This document shows, piece by piece, positions 41,817 to 54,087 of a stretch of 64,000 nucleotides of DNA; the first letter of the stretch is position 1; every line of letters begins with the position of its first letter. The stretch lies in the NCBI GenBank assembly GCA_973895155.1, contig OZ316893.1, forward strand, positions 22,603,844 to 22,667,843, in the 5' to 3' direction. Made by a program: the position numbers and the translations under genes. The notes beneath the pieces are model-generated. The model worked only from the letters and a program-made list of their open reading frames with translations, searched no databases and was not told the origin of the DNA. This DNA is from Marsupella aquatica. Its lineage: Eukaryota; Plantae; Marchantiophyta.

Positions 41817-44800
41817 CAATCTAGGTATTTAGCACAGACTCCCGCGTCATTGCCTTTTGGTCCGGATAGAAACTATGTGCCAATTGCGAATTCGATTTTG
41901 CCTCTACGAAATGCACTGGAAAATACAGAAGGGCCCCGAGTAGTGACAGTTTATGGAGGCCCAGGAATCGGGAAGAGCAGCCTAGTGAAATACTTGGCCA
42001 TTCACTACCAAGAAGAGCAGAAGCGACTTGGAATGGACGCATCTTTCCCTCACGGTGTGTATTACCTCTGGTGCGGACATGATGCACGGAACAGAGTACA
42101 GCAGCTGCAACGTGAACTCCTGGAGAATCTTGGGTTTGGAAGTGGATCTGCAACTCCAAATGGCTCTACCAGCACTGGTACTGATGTACAAGAAGCGGAT
42201 TACACTGCTTTGTCTTCAAACAAAATCAAACTCAGATCTCGCTTGGCTGAGCAGGAGTCGCTGGTCATCTTGGACGACTTATGGCAGCCTGAGGTATTGC
42301 AAGAGCTCATCGTTCCTGCAAAGGGTGTTAAATATTTGGTCACATCCCAAATCAGAGACATTCACCTTGTAGCTGAAAAGATCCAGATAAACAGGCCCAC
42401 TCTCAGAGAATCTATCCAGATCTTGGCTAATTATACCGACGGACTTCCAAGAAAGGGTGAATTTCCTGACAATATCAAGGTACGCTTTACAGCTCTGTTT
42501 CGTCAGATTTTCAGTAATTGATGTTTACCGCTAGCGGATAAGGTTTTGGCAAGGCTCTATTTCGAGTACGTAGGCTTTGGAGAAATGAAGGCATGAGCCC
42601 AATTCTCATATGTAAGGCAGCCGCTGTGACATTTCCAATTAGCGTAGTCTTGTGACTGATATTTAACACTATTACTTGCCTCAAGCAGAGCATTGCAATG
42701 GATATTATTGGACTGTTAGAGTTCCACCCGCTGTCTTTGGCCAACATTGGCATCAGCATAAACAGGAGTCGGGCAACTGATATAAAACAGTGGAATGTGA
42801 TAAAGAAACATATATACAACCACCTTGATGAAAGTGATTACAGTCCACCTGCCTATGAGAAGCCATACGGTCTTCCCGTGAGTGTGTCGATGATGCTGAT
42901 GGTGGAGTCGCTACCTGCAGAGGCACAACGGCTCCTTTTCTTGGTGGCTTTGTTGAAGGGTGTAGAATTGCCTGAACCACTAGTGAAGTATTTCTACAGC
43001 TTTATGCAAAAGAAGAATTTTCTGTTGAAGTTTAATCATCATGAGAGGTGTTTAGAAGATAAGTCACTGCTTCAATTGGCCATAGGAGGAGATGGCACAA
43101 TTCTGGACATTCATGGGTTGAGGACGCACTACATTTTAGACAGGAAAAAGCCTGAAGTAAGATCAATAGGTTCTCAAATATTAGCTGCCAGTGCGGGTCA
43201 AGATGTAGCTAAGCTTGTGAGGACGGGGGGAGCAGAGGAAACACTAGTTGCTGTTTTGAGCGCAATGTACTACGATGAATCGCTCGAAGATATTGCAGCG
43301 GGCACTTTCGCGAACCATGTTCGTTTGATCAATGGTGCGGTGGTTCCACGGAACTTGAATATGGAGAAAGACAGACTTGATCTCGTTAAGAGTGCACGAC
43401 GAAAACACTACGGAATCCGAGACCTTGTTTGGCTCTTGAATGCTGATCATGAAGAAGACAGTTGGGAACGACAAGCCCACGAGTCCACAAAGAAGGTATG
43501 GTTTATCATTGCCTAGGAGCAAGTTAAAATGTCGAGATTACAATGAATTTTAATCAGAACTTGTCTCAGTTGTTTTGATATATTGATTCGAAATCAGTCG
43601 TGCGGTGCGTGTTATTATTAAAGATCTTTTTCGGTCAAACCAAAGATGTGATTAATTTTGCGTAGACCTAAATTTTAGTCCAAGAAGAAACGCGATGTCC
43701 TTCATAGGCTCTTCGTACCCATCACATTGTATAATTCTGAAGTGAGTGAAGTTTCCTTGCTGTTTGGATAGTACCCACATTTATCAATGACTTATCATTC
43801 GGGGTTTTGGTGATTGTGACAGATTATCATCAAGTACGTTTGCCAAGGAAAATTGGAGGACCATAGTATGGCACACCTACTACGACTTCCCCAGGCCACC
43901 TCAGCAGCATGTAGAGCACTCAGGGCTCTTTATCATTGCCATGCAGAAGATTTCTTTCAGCACAATATAACTTTTTCAGAAGCATATGTTGAGACGATGC
44001 ACAGTCTGTTGGATCTATTCCATAGCAATGCCATATCAATGGACGAACGAATAGATGTCATCAATGCTTTTCTGCATATTCTTGATTACGAAAGCAAGGA
44101 CTACATCCGCAAATTTGCCGCAGACTATGAGAAACTCTTTGCCATGAAGTCAAATAATTATTTAAGTGAGTGTACAACATTTGCTTTGCGATCGGATTGG
44201 CGTGGTAGAGGGATTCTTACGATGGCAGAGTTTCCTGGACTTTTGGAGTCAATCGTTGTGGTACTAGTAGAACCTGAGAATGACGAGTTAAAAAACGAGG
44301 CAGTATGCCTTTTAAGTTGTTTCTGTCAGCACAGGCGTTTGGCCACGAGAATTGCTGCTTTGCCGGATGCGCTTAATGCGCTCTTCAAGCTTTTCTTATC
44401 CGAGGATGAGCTCCCTAATCGCTTCCTCGATGGCGTCCCCGATGGGTTCTTATCAATTGTACGAAATGGGTGCGCGGGAGCTCTCCTGCTTAACCTTTCA
44501 CATATACCGGAAAACAGGAGTAAACTGGGGGCAATCTCAGGCATCTGGGATGGCCTGGGAGGTATTCTCAGTAAGCTGGAGAGTCAGGAAGACCTGCACT
44601 ACCGTCAGAAGCTACAGGCTTGTGACGCCGCCGGAATTCTGGGGTATCTGGCATTGGAGGAGGATCTTAGAGCCACCATCGCTTCATTTCCTGGCGTTAT
44701 GGAAGGTTTGTTTGTCTTGCAGTGGATCGAGATAGTTATCGAAGCTACTTCCACTGACATGACGGCTAGATATTATTATTCAACAAGAGCATTGATAATA

Positions 44801-45695
44801 CTGTACTCCAAGGAACTGGCTGTCGCAGAATTAACTGACATGCCACCGATAGAAGACTTGGAGAAGTTGTTTGCTTCCGACAACCTTAATGTGTCGAAAG
44901 CCATGATACATAAATCTTATTTCAGTCTGTATTGGACTCGACTTCTGGCATGTATTCAGATCAAATCCTACGCAGAAGGCTTGAAAAATGTGGATCTAGC
45001 TCACTGTCATGCCGATCTGGTCCGAGAATTCGGTTCGGAGAATCTGGTCTGTCAAATTAGCAGTTTCGGGATCCAAAATTCCATTCATGTCTCCCCCGAA
45101 AGCCCATTAAGGTGAGGAAACCTTTTCCTGTGGATCTAAAAATCCACGCCTGTCCCTGCCAGTTCATTTTGCCTACAGTGTATTGTTTTTGAGATGTAAT
45201 ATCTCGTCACAGGTCGTTAGTACTCAAGGTAATAAATTCATCGCTGACCAGAGTCCTGAAATTTCTTTCCTAACAACCGATAACTCCCTTATTAAACGCC
45301 TTCCAACCGCTGTGATACCTTCGGCTTGTCTCTGACTTAACACTACTAACTGCAGGGACTGTCGCACATTTCTACAAGCTATGCTTGAGGACTACTCAGG
45401 AGCCTTGCTGGCTACAAACAGGAGAGTTGAGGAGTATAAAGAACCTTCACGGGACAACTTGGCTGAGAGGGGAGTACTGAAGAGGCTTTCTGGAGATTTG
45501 CAAGGAGGCCTGGATGACTTAAATGCTGCCACTGTCGCACGTTACGGACTGAGTGACGAATGGGATGTCCTGTGGCAACGAGGTTACGTGAAGTATTTGA
45601 TGGGCGACAAGACAGGGGCCAAGGATGATGCAGAATCTGCCCAACGCTTGAAACTTGATGACTTTTTAAGGAAGTCCGTGGACCCTTGTATTTAG
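41817..45695 (+). CDS. NLR-like paralogue (NB-ARC, ARM, TPR) lacking the N-terminal domain and ATG; exons ~41817-42479, 42689-43495, 43823-45111, 45356-45695; possibly a pseudogene
   Basis: GGPGIGKS, LVILDDLW, KYLVTS, HPLSL, DIHG. Same intron positions and phases as 16325-20858. Open frame throughout, but no in-frame ATG before the P-loop. Homology (PVTYLG) continues past TAG 45693 to a second TAG at ~45760. Confidence 0.75.
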
Positions 45696-46169
45696 GTGAA
45701 AGATGAACGTCTTTGGGAGCTTAAGAAAACACCAGTAACCTATTTGGGGCTTTCGCTATAGCTTCCTCCGAAATAGTTCTAGCAGATGTTTTTCCGGCCA
45801 CATGACCTTGGCTACGCCTAATATTTCTGTGTTGTTACGATTTGACCTTAAAATCATTTGGCGAGATCTTTACGGGATACTTTGGCATTGACGTTACTTA
45901 GGTAGACTGACTGTTTGACTTATCGAATCAAGTGCAAATTTATTTGAAATATGCATAGTTTTATTGGGTGATCATGTTATGATTCTGTGATGTAATGGCC
46001 AGTGTCACCCATTTTACATCTCCATGTTCTCACATTCATTCTCCTCAACAATAACAAATGCACAATAATGATTAAAATGATAACATTTTTGCAGCAATCA
46101 CAAAAACCATCAAACAATGACATTTTGTATGCTATATTTTTTTTCAGCACAGAGAGAAAAAGTTTGTCT

Positions 46170-46587
46170 CCATTTTTTTTTGTGTTTCCTCAACAACCTT
46201 GCTTCACCTCGACATTTTTTTCCCATTTCAACATCTGTTATTCACCTCAACATCTTTTGTGCAATGCATGGGCTGTAATTTTTTGTGTTCTTGAACTCAC
46301 CACGACATCTTTCCCTCACCCTCGACATCTTTTCTCATTTTTTTTCACTTTGACTTCTTTTCCTCACCTCAACATCTTTTTCTCTCATTCACAACTTTTT
46401 TCACACCAACATCTTTTCTTTGCCTCTAAATCTTTTTCTCTCATCGACAACTTTTTTCACACCAACATTTTTTCTTCATCTTGACATCTTTTTCTCTCAT
46501 TGACAACTTTTGTCACACCAATTTTCTTCACCTTGACATCTTTTTTCACCTCAACGTCTTTTGTGCAACGCACATGCATTGGGCTAG
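46170..46587 (+). mobile_element. Helitron-type 3' end
   Basis: Many catctttt/cacctcaa subterminal repeats ending in tgtgcaacgcaca (hairpin) ...gggCTAG|T. Confidence 0.7.
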
Positions 46588-47463
46588 TAACATATGAAAA
46601 GGGGATGAGAATCCATCAACGTGCCCAAGGTAAATAGCTCAATGATCAAATCCTTCCACACTCCCTACCACCAGCAAACACTACAACACTATCGGTCGGT
46701 TTTGCGAAGACAATCTCATCGCAACTAACAAGCCCCTGATTTTCATAATTCTGGCCATTGCGAACATACGCGCATCGCACCACCTTCGCACTTTGCGAAC
46801 CTAATAACTTTGCACGCGGACCATCGCAACGGCATCGCAACACCATGGCAAACTGCGAAGCTAAGAGGTTCGCAAGATTCAATACTTGTGCGATCCATTA
46901 TACGTCGCATAAGGTTCGCAAACATACACGCACACGTCCCGCGTGGGCGTCGATATTTGAGAAGGATTTACCATCGCATCATATTTGCAAAATATACTGG
47001 TTCAATTGTTTTGATGGGGATTGTATGACAAAGAGCGATACCGGTGATTTCAGAAGTTTGTGAACGGTTTCGATTAGGAAAGTGCGATCCTAGAAGTATC
47101 ACAAAAACCCGACATATTTGGATCTGAAGTTCTGAAGTTAATTGACTCAAAAAGTGCGACGCCTTGGGGTTTATATTGTGCGATGGGAATGAGTTCTTAA
47201 AGGGTTCGCAAAATTATGATCACAGAGGATTCAATACATTATTTGCAAGGGGTTTTCCTTGGGACCCAATGTGGAAGGCAAAATTGTTGTTTTATAAAAT
47301 GGAAAAGCATGAACAAAATGATAGGGCTTCAAAGAACCCTATACATGGACAAGAGGGGGGAAATATCTGATGCTAGGTCCGCCCTTCTAAACCTATGCTG
47401 CCTCTTCCTACCCTAAGCTCCGGCATGACAAGTCACTCTCATGCATGTATCTCTACAAAATAA

Positions 47464-50400
47464 CTAGAATGGGCTCTTGTGGCTCCTCTTGGTTGGCTTC
47501 TTGGCTGGCTTCTTGCCCTTATCCTTCCGGGGATCCTGTTGGTGACGGGTGCGTGATGGCCGTCGGCGCTCCTGCTCCTGCTGCTCCTCTGGCTCCTCCT
47601 GCCCCTCCTGCTCCTCCTCCTCATCCGCAGGGTCCTCCTCCTCCCCCTGGTCATCAACATGTGCTGATGACACACGACTACCACCACTACCACGGTGGGA
47701 AGAACCTACCTCACGACTACTCCCCCCCCCCCGAGCACCACTAGTACCAGGAGTAGCCCCCTCATCGTCATCACTACTACTCACATCAGCACCCAACCCC
47801 TCAGGCTCATCCGAATCCTGCATCCATTACATATCATTAGTTTCCGCAAGACATAAAGGGTCACTCACAATGTTCGCATGCTAATCATATGGTTCACACT
47901 TAGACACTTACAGTAGCCAACTCGGCATCTACCATCACAAAGAGGTACTTTCGTCCATGCTCTATCGCCACCTCAATATGCTTTTTTGATATCTTCCTTT
48001 TGTACCTCCGATACTGCCATGCATAAAACCAATTAAAATTGGTTAAATTTGCCCTTAAGCATACCCTATAGCCACAAGTGACGCCTAAATCCTCAACTAC
48101 TAAACACGACCCAAAAAAATTTTTTAATTCAAATTTGCGAACCTATAAGCATGGCAACTTGCGAACCACATTTTTTGCGAAGGCGTTGCGATGGAGTTTG
48201 CGATGCGCATTTGTTCGCAAAGGCATCGGAAAATTGAAATGGAAAAAGTCCATGATAGACTTTGCGAGGGGTTTGCGAACAAATGCGCATCGCAACACCT
48301 TCGCAAACTGTGTTCCCGAGAGTTTTTAAAAATTTGCCAAAAATTCTAAGTGTCAGAGTTGCCCTAAACTAGTAACCAAGCAAGCATGCACAACAGCAAG
48401 AACATTCGGGGATGTCATTCACTTGCATTGCACAACTCTGAAAGGAATAGAGAGGTTAGGCACAAGCAAGAGGCACTCACAAAGTGTGACTTGAGGCCGG
48501 GGAGCCCGCCTTGACCCAACTTGTGGACTGGATTGGGGGTGGATTTCACTCGTTTGGCTGCATCTATGAAACGCTTGGGTGGCTTTCCCTCCTGGTCGGC
48601 CACTGTGACGCCAATGACATGGTCCTTATTTTGTAATCTGATTAAGTAGGTTGCTGTATGCAAGGAGTAGCTATTGATATTGCATAACAATTAACAAGAT
48701 GGCAAGAATAAGGGCAATCATGGCGTTAAGAGTAGGGAAATAAAAGCTATGTCGCGGGTGGTCGATGACCATATCTCTTTCAATATGTCACCAAATCCGG
48801 ATCTGTAAAGAGCATTGGAAAGATCTGGTCAAGGCGAGTAAAATCAATATAAAACACTCGGGAAACAGAGGTGTATTAAGGAAGATACGGCCTGATTAGT
48901 GTGACGGGTTAACTTGTGGCCGGAATTAGCGGGTTCGGCTTCAGTTTCGGGTTAACCCAAGCTCGACCACGGCTTAGCTTATGTGAGCACGGCTTTGGCT
49001 TAGCTCAGGTCAGCACGGCTTCAGCTTAGCTCAGGTAAGCACGGCTTCAGCTTAGGCTTAACCCGGGTTCGGATTAGATTGATCCCGGGTTAGACTTAAC
49101 TCAGGTTAGCCTAAACTCGGGCTCAGGTTAGCATAGGTAAGCTCGGGTTCGGGCTCAGCTTAGGCTAGGATAGCGGATAGCGGGTAGCGGCCTAACCCGA
49201 GACCACGGGTTAGCTCTACTCGGGTTAGATAGGATAGCTAGGTTAGCCGAACTCGGGTTAGCTATGTAACTTGGGTTAGCGCAATAGTGAGTACCCCCTC
49301 TCGGTTACGGGGGCATAACTCTCTGTGTATTTGACCAAATCGGCTATAATTGACCTCGTTGGAAAGAGGAGCTCAAGCCGCTTCCAACGCTGTTATCCAC
49401 GCAGCAAATGGTTGAATACAGAAATCGGGAGAGGAGGCGTAAGCTCGCGAAAACCATGGAGGAGGGCCGAATCCGAAGTACATAGCCAATTCGAGATAGA
49501 AATAAAGTTGCGAGTTAGGGTTCAGTAGTTAGAGATAGTGGCGGCTCTGTTAGGGCTGGGATGGGGCTCCAGCAGCATAGCATCCACCCATTTGGGCTCA
49601 ATGAGAGAGTATATAGAGCAGCCCTCCGGTAGAGGCAGCGGGGGAACTTCAGTTGTGTGATCTCACTTAGACTGAGCAGCAGGGAGGAGCTCTGTGCAAG
49701 CAAGGCTGGACTTGGACGCTGCGTGTTGGGGAGAGCTTGGTTGTGCTATTACTCAGGGAGTAATCAGCCAAGCTTCACAGCAACGGGTTGCTAGGTTTGC
49801 GAGCTGGATTGTGGCTCTTTCTAGTGGGCAACACAACTGAGTTCTTTTCCCCCGATACAGAGCCTTGGTGAAGGTGATGTGTTGGTGATTGTAAACTGTG
49901 GGGAGGATTTCAATGCGATTTGCGATGGGCACATTAGGGAGGCTGAGGTACTGATTTAGGGGCAACAGGAGGAGCATTTATAGTTCAGTCTGGCAAGGCT
50001 ACGAGATCCATGGGGAGTCCCGGCCTTTGTCTGGTGGAGAGCACTAAGGGATCTATGGCCAGAGCTGAGCTTGCAGGGCAAGCATGAGGCCGGGCCTCAT
50101 TGTAGTCTGGGGTAGATCACCGTTAGGCCTGGTACCAGCTTTGAAGTCGAGTCAACTGTGCATGCGTACTTGACATTCTGAAATGGAGGTGTGAGATCTG
50201 TATGTGCCCCCAAGAATGAAGTGCAGTGAAGGAGGTTGAGTTCAGGATTGAGTTTGCAAGGCAAGTACGGGATTGGTTCGAGTCCAATCTGCCGTCGCAA
50301 TCTGGAGTGAGCCGGGCTCAGGTTCAGGATTGAGCTTGCATGGCAAGCACGGGGCTTGCGGGGCAAGCACGTCGCAATCTGGAGGAGACAGCCTTCGGGC

Positions 50401-51935
50401 CTAGTGTTCGGATCAAGTGTTCTCAGTGAACTATTGTGCACATCTTTGAATCCAATTGAGTTTTCCTTTCAGGCCTCATTTCTCTCATGGATGTGTGTGT
50501 GTGTGAGGCAATCTGAGTGTATGATGAGACTAGCAGCGCCACTGAGAGGTGTACCGGGTGCATTGAAGTGGGTTGGGTGAGGGCTGTCACAGCTCTAATT
50601 GCTGAGAGTGGAATGGCAGAGTGGTGGGGCAATGGCTTAGAAGTCCCTAAGCTGGGAATCAGTCAGGAGTCACTGGTTTATGGGTACATTACGGCGGTGG
50701 AATAGAAATATACCTATGACAGTAAGCATACGTATAGACCTATGTGCACCGTAGCGCTAGGCCTTGTGTGTACGGGCCCGATATGAAGACCCCTTCTCAC
50801 CAGAACTATCATGAGCGCAGATCTGATCCCCAACCTTGGTTCCTTGGGATTGAGCTTGGGTGATGTGTGATAGAGCTTTGCTATGATAGTCTGGTGTTAA
50901 GGGCATAAATTGGTGTTTACCGGCCTTCACAACATCCCTTCGTGATCCTCAGGTACAAGGAGATGGTTTTGGCACCCATAGTGACGTCTTTGGTGTTAAG
51001 ACCCATGTCAATCGCGTGACAGCCACCTTCTGCATCTCAGCTACCTTCTGCTCAAGTGGCTTCAGGTCGTGGTCAGGGGGGAGCTTCCCGGCCTCCTTTG
51101 CTTTCAAGGCTCGATCTAGATTGCCCTTCCACTCTTCCAACTCGTGAGCTGCCTTAATTTGCACCTCAATCTTGTAAAACGAATTCCATATGTCCTCGGT
51201 GAAGTGGAGGGGTCTGTGCAAGTTCTTGTATGATCTCAAGTCTTTCAGGTGGGCTCTAATCTTCATCCTGTCATGGTATCGCATTTGAGACATAGAATTT
51301 GAAATCTTATCTGCCAACCATTGCTCATCTATGTCAGGCCCATTGCGAAATGCATCCTTGATTTGGTTGATGACCCTCTTTCGCTCTGCCTTCTCAATCT
51401 TCCCCCACTGCATGCCTCATGAGAAATTGCTTGTGATAATCTGCTTGATTGTGCTCTTAGCCCCTGCATATGCTAGCTCAGTTGGAGTCCCACTCGTCTC
51501 CAAGGCAATGAATGGAAGTTTTTTTCTTGCTTCCTCTTTCTGACGTTGCTCCTCCCTCTGTTTTCGAATTGAATCTCTCTCCTCTCTTCTCTTTTGCTTC
51601 TCTAGGGCTTGAGGAGAGGCAACTCCCGACTTAGTTCTTTCCTCTCTCTTCCTTTTTTTCTCTCTAGCCTTCTCTTCAGCTGCGGCCCTCTCCTCCCCCT
51701 CTCTAGTAGCTTGTCCTGCTACAATCCCAGTTTGCAAAACCTGTCCAAGAATGGCACTCAAAGAGGCAAGCCCTGCTGGAGAATTGAGATTCACTTCTCC
51801 CAATTGTGCAGCACTGAGATGTTGGGCCACTAAGTCTGCCCAGGCATTCTTCTCTTTCTCCGGATTTCCCCCATTGCCACTACCACTACCACTACCACTA
51901 CCACCTTGCCCTCCACTCCCCTCACCGGTAGCCAT
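47464..51935 (-). pseudogene. Divergently oriented CACTA accessory gene (possibly TnpA-like), disrupted by a stop and an LTR insertion
   Basis: ATG 51935 (MATGEGSGG..), charged coiled coil, in-frame TGA at 51417, and frame continuing to ~51022 where the LTR cuts it. Further exon-like pieces at ~47915-48020 and an acidic/basic tail at 47464-47823. Confidence 0.55.
48413..51021 (-). mobile_element. ~2.6-kb LTR (solo-LTR-like) nested in the CACTA
   Basis: TGTCA...TGACA termini. ~49170-51021 is the reverse complement of 62202-63965. No gag/pol. No TSD found, so the left boundary is less certain. Confidence 0.7.
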
Positions 51936-52929
51936 AGCTCCCCTCTCTCACAGTCTCCCTCGTACTGTTGCGCGCGCCCCGGCCCTTCTCGTCTCGCTCA
52001 AAAACTGAAATGAGCCCGAATGCGAGCTCCCGCCGATGTTTATGCCGTTCAAAAACGGGTTTGCGATGACATACGCATGGGAAACTGCGAAGCCCGCGCC
52101 CTCGCAAATAGTCTCGCAACTTACTAGGCACTTCCGAATCTATTCCCTTCGCAAGGCCATCGCAACCCGTAGAAGACCCAAAAAATCGTTCTCGGCCTCT
52201 GTTTTTGCGAAGTAAGTGCGAAGGCCGTAGGTTCGCAAAAAGATTCTCTAACTTGGAAATAATTTGCGAGGCAGGTCTTATCGGTTTAGGGTTGGAAAAC
52301 ACTTTGGGGTGTCAAATGGCTATTAAGGTTTGTCAAACGACATTTAAGGTATGTTAAGTGCCCATAAGTTAACATGGAAGGGGTGTCAATGGATGTTTGG
52401 GTTGTAAGGATAACTAGAATATAAGTTAACAAAGGTTTGGGTTTAATTAAAGGTTAGGTTTATATTTGGTTTTAATCTAGGAGTATTTGGTTTAATTAAG
52501 GGGGTTAAAACTTGGGTTAGGTTGGAATAAAAGGGTTGGGTTTAAATTAATGGGTTTGGCTTAGGGTTCAAGGTAGAGGTTTGCATTAGGTTGTGAGTAA
52601 TTACAGGGGTTGGGTTTGGTTTTAGTTGAGGGGTTGAATTGTGGTTGTTTTTTAAAGGGATTGGGTTTGGTTTTTAGTTGGGGGGTTTAATTGTGGTTTT
52701 TTTAAAGGGGTTGGGTTTCTAATGTAAGTGTTTGGGTTGGGGTGTAACATGATATAGGGTTGGATTTGGTTCTAATTGAGGGGGTACAATTTTTGCTTAA
52801 GTTTTAGAAAAGGGCCTCAATTTAGGGGTTAGGGTGAAGTTTAGAATAACTATAGGGGTGGGGGTTGGCCTATATAGGTAAAGTAAGGTGTAGATAGGGT
52901 AAGGGTTTTATATGTAATTGGGGGATTTG

Positions 52930-53650
52930 GGTTGGGTTTAGGGTAAAGGTTTGAATTTTTAATGAGGGATTTGGGTATTGGTTAGGATAAGGGTAAGGGT
53001 TTAGGGTGCTTGAGGGATTTGGGTTAGGTTTTAATGAAGGGTTTCATTTCATGGTTTGGGTTTAGGGTAGGGGTTTGGGTTTAGGGTAAAGGCTTGAATT
53101 TTTAATGAGGGATTTGGGTATTGGTTAGGATAAGGGTAAGGGTTTAGGGTGCTTGAGGGATTTGGGTTAGGTTTTAATGAAGGGTTTCATTTCATGGTTT
53201 GGGTTTAGGGTAGGGGTTTGGGTTTAGGGTAAAGGCTTGAATTTTTAATGAGGGATTTGGGTATTGGTTAGGATAAGGGTAAGGGTTTAGGGTGATTGAG
53301 GGATTTGGGTTAGGTTTTAATGAAGGGTTTCATTTCATGGTTTGGGTTTAGGGTAGGGGTTTGGGTTTAGGGTAAAGGTTTGAATTTTTAATGAGGGATT
53401 TGGGTATTGGTTAGGATAAGGGTAAGGGTTTAGGGTGATTGAGGGATTTGGGTTAGGTTTTAATGAAGGGTTTCATTTCATGGTTTGGGTTTAGGGTAGG
53501 GGTTTGGGTTTAGGGTAAAGGTTTGAATTTTTAATGAGGGATTTGGGTATTGGTTAGGGTGAGGGTAAGGGTTTAGGGTGATTGAGGGATTTGGGTTAGG
53601 TTTTAATGAAGGGTTTCATTTCATGGTTTGGGTTTAGGGTAGGGTTTGGG
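52930..53650 (+). repeat. Tandem array, 5 x 143 bp, rich in telomere-like TTTAGGG motifs; preceded by degenerate GT-rich sequence from ~52400
   Basis: gggtaaagg recurs at 52941, 53084, 53227, 53370 and 53513 (period 143). About three gggtttaggg motifs per unit. Confidence 0.93.
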
Positions 53651-54087
53651 TTACTTATATTTCTTTCTCTATCTCATTAACATGGAGTGGAAAGCTCTTT
53701 GGCGTTGTAGGGCACTTCCCCATGTTTTTTAAAGTTTTGGCTAATGCATGATAATGCCTTGCGACAGCCCGGGCATCTGAAAGGTATAATGTTTTCTCAT
53801 GCATTTCTAGTCATTGCTGTAAATATGGAGGGTTACAATCTATCATCCTTTTTTTCTGGTTCACCATAAGGCATGGCTTAATTCATTGTATATTGGCAGA
53901 TTTTCCCCTCCTTCTTCCAGATATGGTTCATGAAATTTGAGCCACAAGATCCGTCAAGGCATTGCTAAGCCCGGGTCTCATAAAGGTATTTTTTTGTCAA
54001 TTCTTTTTAATATGTTTAGGTAGGGATTATCAATGATGGTTTTGGTGAAGTTTTCACTAATCGCCTTCCAATTGCTATACTTGTCAG

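Noticed and set aside
49325-50705. ORFs 'conserved' between 49-50 kb and 62-63 kb
   Set aside because: Explained by LTR duplication at the DNA level; no protein motifs.
52930-53650. CRISPR array or true telomere
   Set aside because: Units are near-identical with no unique spacers, there are no cas genes, and the context is eukaryotic. The motifs are embedded in a 143-bp unit rather than pure (TTTAGGG)n, and the array is internal to a transposon.
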